From Candidatus Hadarchaeales archaeon (GTDB lineage: Archaea; Hadarchaeota; Hadarchaeia; Hadarchaeales; Hadarchaeaceae): a DNA stretch of 64,000 nucleotides. This document shows, in pieces, positions 31,008 through 41,800 of the stretch. Every line of letters starts with the position of its first letter. Within the stretch, counting starts at the first letter, position 1. The stretch spans positions 41,368-105,367 of the forward strand of contig JAVZGN010000002.1 of NCBI GenBank assembly GCA_038872135.1. The letters are read 5' to 3'. Under the pieces are notes generated by a model, which saw only the letters and a program-made list of their open reading frames with translations, was not told where the DNA came from and did not search any database. The position numbers were made by a program, and so were the translations under genes.

Positions 31008-31436
31008 ATGAGAAGTGGAGTTTATGTCCTTCTGATCCACGTCCCCTATTCCTTTTCAACGAAAGTTGGGGAGCTTGGGAACATTGAGTTTGAGCAAGGT
31101 TACTATGCATACATTGGCTCCGCGATGGGCGGTCTGGAGAAAAGAGTTGGGCGGCACATGAAGGGTGAAAAAAAGCTTCACTGGCACATAGACTATCTAC
31201 TGCTCCACTCCCGCCCAGTGGATGTCTTCATCGCTGAGACCAACGAGAAGTGCGAGTGTAAAATTGCTGAAGAGCTGTGCAGGAGATTCTCCTCAATCGA
31301 GGGATTTGGTTCAAGCGATTGTGGATGCAAAAGCCATCTGGTTTACTCCAAAGATCCAAATGAACTCACAAAAAGCGTAATCTCCGCTTTCAAGAACGCT
31401 GGTCTCAAGCTGGAGAAGAGGGACAGATATGGTTAA
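31008..31436 (+). CDS. DUF123 / GIY-YIG-like domain protein
   Basis: 142 aa. GVYVLLI ... GYYAYIGSA ... HWHIDYL pattern of the archaeal DUF123 (GIY-YIG-related) family. Confidence 0.6.
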   Translation: MRSGVYVLLIHVPYSFSTKVGELGNIEFEQGYYAYIGSAMGGLEKRVGRHMKGEKKLHWHIDYLLLHSRPVDVFIAETNEKCECKIAEELCRRFSSIEGFGSSDCGCKSHLVYSKDPNELTKSVISAFKNAGLKLEKRDRYG

Positions 31437-32040
31437 AAGCAGACGGAAGGACGAAGACGGATACTATAGAATGGCTAAGAAGCTGGGATACCGCTCCCGG
31501 GCCGCATTTAAGCTTCTCCAGCTTGATGAACGGTATTCTTTGATTAAGAAGGGGGATGTCGTTGTAGATCTGGGAGCTGCTCCGGGGGGATGGATGCAGG
31601 TTGCCGCGGAGAAGGTTGGAAGCGCCGGCTTTGTCCTGGGAGTAGATGTGCAGCAGATAGAGAAATTCCCTGAACCAAATGTTGTAACACTCATCGCCGA
31701 CATAACAAAAGAAAACACTGCTGCTGAGATATTGAAGATTCTCCCGCGGCAGGCAGATGTTGTTCTTTCAGATGTCTCTCCAAAGATCACCGGGGTGTGG
31801 AGCATAGATCATTCAAGGTCAATAGAGCTAACCAGAGCTTCAGTTGACATTGCAGAAAAAATCCTCGCCCCGGGCGGCAACATCCTCATGAAGGTCTTTC
31901 AGGGGGATCTCCTTCAGGATTTCCTGGCGGAGGTAAAAGAAAAATTCACATTTTTTAAGGCTTCTAAACCGAGAGCTTCAAGAAAAGAGAGCGCAGAGGT
32001 TTATTTAATCGGAAAGGGGTTCATTTCAACTAATAACTGA
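31429..32040 (+). CDS. rlmE: 23S rRNA (uridine-2'-O)-methyltransferase RlmE/FtsJ
   Basis: 203 aa. AAFKLLQLDERYSLIKKGDVVVDLGAAPGGW ... VVLSD ... match FtsJ/RrmJ. Confidence 0.9.
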   Translation: MVKSRRKDEDGYYRMAKKLGYRSRAAFKLLQLDERYSLIKKGDVVVDLGAAPGGWMQVAAEKVGSAGFVLGVDVQQIEKFPEPNVVTLIADITKENTAAEILKILPRQADVVLSDVSPKITGVWSIDHSRSIELTRASVDIAEKILAPGGNILMKVFQGDLLQDFLAEVKEKFTFFKASKPRASRKESAEVYLIGKGFISTNN

Positions 32041-32050
32041 TGAAAAAATT

Positions 32051-32689
32051 TTATTCCTGCTCCCGTTTCAAAGCTTTTGCCACTTCCTCCACAGTTTTCG
32101 CCGTCACTGCCGCCAGCTTCCTTTCAAGGCTGTCAACAAACCTGCTCGCCGGAGCCCCAAGCTGCCAGAGATCGACATAGGCCTGAACTATTGGAACCAC
32201 ACCATTCTCGCTCATCGCCCTCAAGTGCTCGTCCTGTTCTAGCACAAAGATGTTTCTCTTTTTTGCTCGGCTCGGGCGGAACTTCCTCTCAACCAACTCT
32301 GAGTTTGCGTAGACGAAAACCTGGGAGTATTCTGCTGGTGTTACACCAAAAGTGAACCTGTAGGCGGAATAAGCGGTGAGCTGACCGATTTTTCTCAGCT
32401 CCTCCTCAATTTTCTCGACCTTGGCCGGCGAAAATGTCGTGTATCTGATATCCTTGCCAAGCTCTCTCGTGGCCGCCCAGTAGAGGAGGAGCCGCTTCGG
32501 GTCGACAAGCCTGAAGCCTAGGGGTCGCCTCTCAACTGCCCCTATCTGTTCAAACTTTATGATGATTGGATTAACTGTCCCCAGCGAGAGGGAGCAGGTT
32601 TTAGCGATGCTCTTCTGGTTGAAAAACCTTATGCCCTGGGAGTAGTACCTATGGAGAATTTCTCTCATCACACGGTCGATTTTTCTCAT
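32051..32689 (-). CDS. winged-HTH domain protein (putative transcriptional regulator)
   Basis: 212 aa. N-terminal HTH-like KSIAKTCSLSLGTVNPIIIKFEQIGAV. Divergently transcribed from the giant surface-protein gene. Confidence 0.45.
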   Translation of the reverse strand: MRKIDRVMREILHRYYSQGIRFFNQKSIAKTCSLSLGTVNPIIIKFEQIGAVERRPLGFRLVDPKRLLLYWAATRELGKDIRYTTFSPAKVEKIEEELRKIGQLTAYSAYRFTFGVTPAEYSQVFVYANSELVERKFRPSRAKKRNIFVLEQDEHLRAMSENGVVPIVQAYVDLWQLGAPASRFVDSLERKLAAVTAKTVEEVAKALKREQE

Positions 32690-32704
32690 GTTACCGATTA
32701 TAAG

Positions 32705-32745
32705 TCACATATTTTATTTATATTTGTTTCGCTTATAATCGAAAC
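32705..32745. promoter_or_regulatory. AT-rich divergent promoter region with TATA-like elements (ttttatttatattt, cttataat)
   Basis: Only strongly AT-rich stretch between the divergent genes 32689(-) and 32805(+). About 25-35 nt upstream of the minus-strand start, and about 65-90 nt upstream of the plus-strand ATG. Confidence 0.3.
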
Positions 32746-32804
32746 TTTTCCCTAAGGAAAAACCGGCGAAAGTTGAAAGGTGGCATAGGTCTCTTTGAAA
32801 AGCT

Positions 32805-35800
32805 ATGGTGGCCACCATAGGCAAATTTAGAGATGGGGATTGGCCCCCTGCCAACTATTCTGGGACAGTTGAAGACAGGCGGGGGGCCCACTCTCCCCAA
32901 TCCCGAATCACTAATGCTAAATTAAATGACGTTCCTTTATCTGAAAAAGCCCTTTCTATATCCATGGTGATTTTAATTCTCCTCTCAACATTTTCCCCAA
33001 TGCTTCATCTGCCGCTGGCTTCTGCCGGAAGTCTAGTCGATAATTCAACGGAAAACTTTGCTCTGGGAGTCCACGAGAACACAGAAAACATCGCAAATAG
33101 GATAAGGCTCAAATCTGGGTACACTTCCGGCCAGTTCACCTCTCAGATTTTCGATGCTGGCGTCTGGGCCCATTGGGAGACCATGAACTGGGTGGAGAAC
33201 GAGCCATTCCTACTTATCCAAGAGAATGACGATGTGGGGGCCGAGCCGGAAACTCTGGCTGACGGAAGTTTGAGAAGAGGAGAGATCCTAGGCGGTTCGA
33301 TCACAGATGTGAGGGTGTTGGACGGAGTTTATGAAAACATTGGGGAGAACACCGAGGACAACTGTCTGAATTGGGAACACAAGATCGAGAACATTACCTT
33401 CGGCTTTGAGAACTATGTGTTGAAGATCAGGGGATACACTGGAGGGGATTATGAGAATGTAGGCATTTACATCTGGGAAAATCAAGGAGCAACATGGGGG
33501 TGGAGGTTTATCGACAATTTAACCTCCACCGAAAAGACAATCGAGTGGACAATTCCCAGAACTTCCATAGAAAATTACTTAGTCAGCGGCGCTATTTTAA
33601 TCAGATATTTCGAAAACAACACCGATGCCACTCAGACTTGGGTTGTCGTCGATCTCTGCATCCTCTCTGGGGAGAACAGGATTTTTTCAGAAGTGAAGAT
33701 TCAGGTTAGGGTTAGCTCAGACAACGTGGTGTGGACTGGGTGGGCTGGCCCAAGCGGAGACGACACAACATTTTTCACTTCTTCCCCGGCAAATCTCACA
33801 CCAATTCTCGACAGAAGATATATCCAGTACAGAGTTTACTTCACCAGTCCCTCTCCATCCCTCAGCGGAGGAGATGGGCCAACTTTCGGTGAGGTGGTGA
33901 TAAACTACTCCCCGGTCAGCCCACCATCTCTTCAATCGCCCTCCAATGGCTCCTGGACAAACGACAACACCCCAACATTTGATTGGAGTGATGTAGAGGA
34001 TGCCACAGAATATCATCTTCTGGTGGACAACGACTCCAACTTTTCATCCCCAGAGATAAATGTCTTAGTGGCCTCAAGCCAATTCACCTCAGCCACCGAG
34101 CTGCCAGATGCAACATACTACTGGAAGGTCAGAGCAAAAGTTGGCAGCGACCTCTCAACCGCCTTCTCCGCACCCTGGACGGTCAACATCGCCACAGCTC
34201 CACCGACCCCACCATCTCTCATCTCGCCGGACAACGATGTTACCCTCTTCGTCGACCAGCCACTCTTCAGATGGACCATCTCAACTGGCGTGGGTGCAAT
34301 TACCTACTGGCTTGTCATAGACAATGATCAGGATTTCTCCTCCCCGATCTACAACAAAACTGGAATCTCGGAGAACTCTCATGTAATTGAAAACAAACTT
34401 CCGGAGAACTTCACTCCCTACTACTGGAAGGTTGCCGCAGTGGACAACATCGGAAACCTGAGCTGGTCTGAGTGGAGGAAGTTTGAACTGAAGGTTTTCC
34501 CGTCTTCAGTTGTCGGCCAGATCTCTCCCTACTGGCAAACAGCGCCTGTAAGCATCTCAGTGACGGCAAGTGACAACGATGGAACAATTGAAAATGTCGA
34601 GCTGTGGTACAGGTACTCGGTGGACAACTCTGAGTGGGGCCCGTGGACCTTTTATGAAAACCGCTCCTCCCCGCCCTACTCCTTTACCTTCAACTTCCCA
34701 AATGGCCAGGGCCTTTATGAGTTTTACTCGATAGCCTGGGACTCTCGCGGGAACCGGGAAAATACCCCGCCGACCCCGGACACTGCCTGTGGATTTGACA
34801 ACGCTGCCCCGCCCGCCCCAACTCTGATTCAGCCGGAAAACGATGCTGTGATCGAAACACGGAAACCAACTTTCCGGTGGACCTCTGTGACCGATCTCTC
34901 CGGCGTCACCTACAATTTGATTGTGGATAACGAAAATACTCTAGCTCCCCCACATATTTACTTTAAGACAGGAATAACGGAAAACTCTCACACAACAGAA
35001 AACTCTCTCGACATTGGGGTATATTGGTGGAAGATTGTAGCGAGGGATGCTGTGGGAAATGAAAATTCTGAGAATGTTTTTATCTTCACGCTTAGACTCT
35101 GGAACAACGTTGAGAGATGGTCTGGGGTGATAAAAACAATTTCTGGGTGGATGACAGCCGAAGTTTGGTCTGTAACAATAAATGCACCTTATGGTGTTTA
35201 TGGATATCTGCTTGTAGAAGAATGGTCGGCTGTTGTTAATGCTCCACCACCTGTTTTCACAATTGTAGAGAGCTGGACTACCACTGTTGCTAGTGAAATC
35301 TCTGAATGGAAAGTTGTGGAATCATGGACGGCCAGCATCGGGAGTGGTGGGGGATGGATGCTAGCAGAGAGTTGGATGAGTACAGTGACGGCTCTCCCGC
35401 ATATTGGGTGGTCGCAGGTTGAAACCTGGAGTTTCACAGCGGTAACACTTGCAAGATGGGAACTCGTAGAGGGATGGAATGCTTCAATCACGGCTGCTGC
35501 GTATCTCGGCTGGCCGCAGGTAGAAATGTGGTCGGTGACAGTAGATGCCCTCCCCTATGTTGAATGGGTGCAAGCTGAGATCTGGGCGGAAACATTGACA
35601 ACCTCAGCCCAATGGTTTGTATGTGAGAGCTTCGCTGCGGATATCGTCGCTAATGTGGTCTCGGGATGGACATTTGTGGAAACTTGGACCCCCACCCTAA
35701 CCTCGGTAGTGTTGAGTGGATGGACACTGGACGAAAGCTGGATTGCTACGATTACCGCGGAGATCCTTCAACCGGTTCTCCTCCTGCCCCTAGACGGGGA

Positions 35801-38800
35801 GAACACCAACAACACAAACCCAACTTTCGACTGGGAGGACAACACCCTCCCGATAGACAACTTCGAGATTCAGATAGACGATGACCAGGACTTCTCGCCC
35901 CCGCTTGTGAGATGGGAAAACACTGGGGCGACGAGCCAGTACAGCCCCGGCTTCCTTCCTGATAACCTCTACTGGTGGAGGGTTAGGATGTGGAGGGGAG
36001 GGGTGCCGGGGGCCTGGGCTCAGAGAACTGTAAGAGTTGATACACTGCCACCAGAGAAACCATCTCTCCTCTCCCCCCTAGATGGAGAAAACGAAAATGA
36101 CAGCGCACCTAATCTCCGGTGGAGCGCCCCGCCCGAGAACTCCTTCCCGCTCACTTATTTTGTCCAAATCTCCAACTCCAAATACTTCGAGCCGGAAAAC
36201 ATTGCCACAAGCGCTTGGGTGATGGAAGAGAACTGGGAGGTGCCACCGGTGCTTCAGGAGAATGTATGGTACTGGTGGAGGGTGCTTGTGAAAGACAATG
36301 CTGGAAACACAGGGGACTATTCATCTGCCAGAAAATTCAAGATAGACACCATAGCACCGCCACCGCCCACCGTCATCTGGCCGGAGAACGACGGGTGGAC
36401 GACTACCCTGCCGAACCTAGACTGGGCGCCGGTGGTTGAAAATTCCCTCCCGGTGGTCTACTTCGGAGAAATTTCACTTTTCCCAGACTTCTCCGGCAGC
36501 CCGCTCAGAACCATTTCAACGCTGGACGACAACTGGAGCGTTTCACCGGAACTCTCAGAGGGCACATACTTCTGGAGGCTTAAGGTCAGGGACAATGCAG
36601 GGAACTTGGGAAGCTGGTCGCAGGGATTTGTCTTCAAAGTTGACAACACGCCACCAACCGCACCACAGCCACCCTTCACGCCACCAAACAACGGCTCAGC
36701 GCCCACTGGGTTGGTTCAATTCCAGTGGGCGGCGGCCTCCGACAGTGGCTCGGGCGTTGCAAAATACGCGATTCAGATAGATGATGAACCTAACTTCAAC
36801 CCACCGCTTGTGCATGAAAATGACAACGTTGTTGGAACTGCATACTCTTGCCTACTTGAATTTCCGAAGACATATTACTGGAAGGTAAAAGCCATTGATA
36901 ACGTTGGCAACGAAGGGGAGTGGTCTGAGACCCTCAGTTTCTTTGCCACCACCGTCTGGAGGTCCATTGAGAGCTGGACGGGCACAATAGCTACCTCTGC
37001 CGCCTATCAACAGGCCGAGTCTTGGGTAGCCACCATCATAACTGTTGCTCAGTGGACGCCAATTGAATTTTGTGTAGGAACGATCGCCACCAGCGCTTCC
37101 TGGAAGTCTGTTGAGAGCTGGACGGCAACAATAACCACTACAGCCACATGGCAGTTTACTGAAACATGGAGTGGTATAATTGCTACCGCAGCTGCTTGGC
37201 GGTTTGCTGAGACATGGGCTGGTACAATTGCTACTGCTGCTCAGTGGCAGCTAGTTGAATCATGGCAGGTAACCATTACAACATCGGCTCAGTGGCAGGT
37301 TGTCGAGAGTTGGACTGGAACGATAACGACTTCTGCTTCATGGCAGCAGGTTGAATCGTGGACTGCCACAATCGCTACTGCGGCCGTCTGGCAGGTTGTT
37401 GAATCCTGGATATGCACGATAAAGGTTGGTGGAGAATGGAAACTAGCAGAAAGCTGGTCCGTTAATATTGCCCCGCCTGCCGACTGGAACTACATTGAAA
37501 CTTGGGCGGCAAAAATTATCGCTATCATTCCCGCTCCAATCCCAGTTTCCCCGCGTAATGGAGAGAACAAAAACACGCTTCCAACCCTCCGCTGGGACAA
37601 CCTTCTCCCTGCAGACAACTTCCAGCTCCAGATAGACAACAACCCAGACTTTTCCTCACCAGAAAACGACCTTACAGTCTTTGAGAACTTCTACACACCG
37701 CCAGCCCTCCAAGACAACCTCTGGTACTGGAGAGTTAGGACATTCAGGAACAACGAGAACTCTGCTTGGTCCACTGTGTGGAAGTTCAGGATCGACAGGC
37801 TTGCTCCTGGAAAACCTGTGCTCGTTTCACCGAGCGATGGGGAGAACATCAACGACAACACTCCACTCTTCCGCTGGCAGGCCCCACCAGAAAACTCCTT
37901 CCCGCTCGTCTACACCATCCAGATATCCACAACTTCAACATTCGCTCCCGGAACATACAACGAGTTCGCCGTTACCTCTTACGAGCAGGAAGTGGGCTGG
38001 ATGGTTCCGCAAGAAAACCCCTTGGCCGACAACATCTACTACTGGAGGGTAAAGGCAAGAGACAACGCAGGCAACGAGGGAGCATTCTCTACACCCAGAA
38101 AGTTCAGGGTTGACACTGTTTCGCCAGTCATTACCCTCATCTCGCCGGCAAACGGTGAAACCGTCAGCTCGAGACCAACTCTGAGCTGGTCCCTCGTTTA
38201 TGCCGAAAATACCTTGCCCGTCGTCTATAACGCTTTGATCTCTGACACCAGCACCTTCGAATTCAGCTATGAAAATGTGAAAATAACCGAGAACTCATAC
38301 ACCACCCAGCCACTCGACGAAAGCGTTGGAACATATTACTGGAAGGTTTGCGCATGGGACAATGCAGGAAACTGGAGCGGATGGTCCGAGACGAGGTGGT
38401 TCACAGTCAGAACTGCGTGGAGACAGGCTGAGAGCTGGAACCTCATGCTGACTACTTCTAGCCAGTGGAATCTGGCTGAAAGCTGGTCTGCCGCTGCTAC
38501 GACTTCGGCCGAGTGGAGACAAGTTGAAGCATGGGGTACAGTGCTCAGTACAACTGCTAAGTGGTCGCAGGTTGAAACATGGCAAGCAACAATGGTCGCT
38601 TCTGCTAGCTGGCAACAGGTTGATGGCTGGGCTGTAACTCTAATAACCGCCGCAAACTGGCTCCTCGCTGAAACATGGCAGGGGATTGCAACGACTACCG
38701 CAAAGTGGTTCTCAACAGAATCTTGGACAGGGGCAGTAGCCACTGTCTCTATCTGGCAAACTATAGAGAACTGGTGGGCTATGGTAACTGCTCCAGTTTA

Positions 38801-41800
38801 TCATGGATGGATTAACGCTGAAAGTTGGAGCGGATACGTATCGTCTGGGGGTGGCTGGGTCCCCGCCGAATTCTGGAGCGCAACTATCGAAGGATGGGCT
38901 TTTTGGAAGATTGTTGAAAGCTGGTCAGACACGATAAACGCTAGCGCAGGTTGGAAAACCACTGAAACATGGCAAGTTCAAATATACTCGCCAATCCCAG
39001 CACCTGTTCTCATCTTCCCGCCAGATGGCTATAACTTCAGCCCAAGTGTCGGAGAGCTTGTGCTTAAGTGGGACAACTCGCAGCCGGCAGACAACTTTGA
39101 GATTCAAATAGACAACGATTTCGACTTTTCTTCCCCAGAAGTAGACGATTTCACCTCTACCGAAAACTTTGTGGTCCCGTCCCTGCCTGACAACCTCTAC
39201 TGGTGGAGAGTAAGGACCTTCAGAACTGGCGAGAATTCTCAGTGGTCCGAGGTTTGGAGGTTCCGCATCGATAACATTCCCCCAGCTGTTCCTTCCCTCC
39301 TCGCTCCTTCAGAAGGGGAGAACATCAACGATAACACTCCGCTTCTTAGGTGGCAGGCCCCGCCCGAGAACTCCTTCCCGCTCAGATATAGGGTTCAGGT
39401 TGCTACCGACAAATTCTTCACAAACATTGTGAGGGAGGCTCTCTGGACGGTCACGGCGGAGAACTGGGAGATCCCGGCCGAAAACTCGCTGCCAGACAAC
39501 ATGTACTACTGGAGAGTCGCGGCAAAAGATAACGCGGGCAACTACAGCATGTTCTCCTCCTATAGAAGCTTCAGGGTCGACACCCTCAAGCCCGCGGTTC
39601 CATCTCTCACTTCTCCACCCCATGGAGCTTGGATCGCCTTCCCATCTCTCACGTGGAGCAAAGTAACCGATATCTCTCTCCCGCTTCTCTATAACCTTCA
39701 GATAGCCTATGACAACGACTTCTCCCATCTCGTTGTGAACGTGGAGCTTCTGGATAACTCCTGGAGCGGGCCACTGGATGAGGGGTTATACTGGTGGAAA
39801 GTTCAGGCGAAAGATGGAGCCGGCAACCTGAGCGGATGGTCGGAAAACCGGAAGTTCATCGTTGACAACGCCCCGCCGACAAAGCCGGTTCTCTCTACAC
39901 CTGAAAACAGCACAGATGTGAATATAGGGACAATAACATTTGGATGGCAGGCTTCTGATCCTGGAGCTGGAATTTCAAAATACTGGATTCAGATAGATAA
40001 TGAACCTGACTTTGATAACACCTTTTTCGTGCACGAAAATCAGATGGTCACAGAAAATACCTATCAGTACATCATCTCAGTGAGCGGAAGATATTATTGG
40101 AGGGTAAGGGCAATAGACGGGGCTGGAAACATCGGTGAATGGTCGGACAACTGGAACTTCTTCGTATATGGCTGGAGCTCCATTGAAAGCTGGATGGCAA
40201 TGATCAGTGGGCCGAGCCAGTGGAGAAATGTTGAGAGCTGGAATGCAACTATCAAAACTAGGGCTTATATCTGGGAAAAGCTGGAGAACTGGAGCGCCAG
40301 CATTCAGGCCCCATTTTTGGCAGGGTGGAGTTTTGTGGAAAGCTGGCAGGTAGAATTCATTTCCGTTACAGTATCTTGGAGAGGTGTTGAAAGCTGGAGA
40401 GCGATTATAACTGGAAGAGTGATTGCTCCGGTACTTCTCTCCCCCTCGAATGGCCTGAACACATCTCAGAACCCACTCACATTCAGGTGGGAGAATGTCC
40501 ATCTCGCTGACAACTACAGGATCCAGATAGATAACAAGTCCCCGGTGGTTGCTTACGAAAATGACAATGTGGGGGCCGAGCCGGAAACCCTGGTTGACGG
40601 AAGCTTGAGAAGAGGAGAGATCCTAGGCGGCTCGATCACAGATGTAATGGTTCTGGACGGAGTTTATGAAAATATTGGAGAGAACACCGAGGACAACTGT
40701 CTGAATTGGGAACACAAGATCGAGAACATTACCTCCGGCTTTGAGAACTATGTGTTGAAAATTAAGGGATACACTGAAGGAGACAATGAAAACATCTTTG
40801 TGTACATCTGGGAGAATGACTTTGGGACTTGGAGATGGCGAGAAATTGGAACCATCACCTCAAATGAAACAACAATCGTCTGGGAAATGAAATACACAAA
40901 CATCGAGAAATATTTGATGGATGGCTCGATTTATGTCAGATATCTTGAAAACACTCCAGACTTGGTGCAAACGGTTCTTCACATAGATCTCTGCGTGCTG
41001 ATGGAAAATCTCGAGAATCTGACTCCACCATTTTTAGTTGACGCAACGAGCACTGACAACTTCTACACCTACACATTCCCCGAGAATGGGAGATACTGGT
41101 GGAGAGTAATGGCAATGGTCCAGGGGATTGTCGGAGATTGGTCAAACATCTGGACGGTTCGAGCCGATACTGTTGCTCCACAGCCGCCAATCCTGATATC
41201 CCCAATCCACCATGAAAATGTTAATGATACTACTCCACTTCTCCGCTGGCAGGCCCCGCCCGAGAATTCTCTTCCCGTGAAATTCTTTGTTCAGGTAGCA
41301 ACCGATCCAACATTCAATACTATCATTAGAGAAAACTGGGTTGTTGGAGAGCAATGGGAGGTGTATCCGCCACTACAGGAAAATGTTTACTACTGGATGG
41401 TGCTTGCGGTTGACAATGCAGGAAATTCCAGTCCTCCCTCTCCAACCTGGGAGTTTAGGGTTGACATAACATCTCCCGCCACGCCTGAACCCAAAGCCCC
41501 CCGTGATGGAGAAAATCTGAATGACAACACCCCAGAACTAGTGTGGACTAGTGTTTGGGATGATTCTCGGCCAGTAGTCTATCGCATTCAAGTAGCTTAT
41601 GATGAGGCATTCCAGTTTATGGTTCCTGGATGCGATGTTTATGTCTATGAAAACACTTGGACAACTCCCGAGCTTCCCAGCGAGAGAGTGTATCGATGGA
41701 GAGTCAAGGCCATAGACAATGCTGGAAATGAAAGTGGATGGTCTCCAACTCAAAGATTCAGGTTCGACTGCAGCCCGCCACTCCCCCCATCTCTTATCTC

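Noticed and set aside
38295-40502. Several 100-140-aa antisense ORFs inside the giant gene (e.g. 38336..38743, 39309..39728, 40077..40502)
   Set aside because: Artefacts of the repetitive, codon-biased sense strand. They have Ser/Pro/Cys-rich nonsense composition and overlap a continuous 11.6-kb sense ORF.
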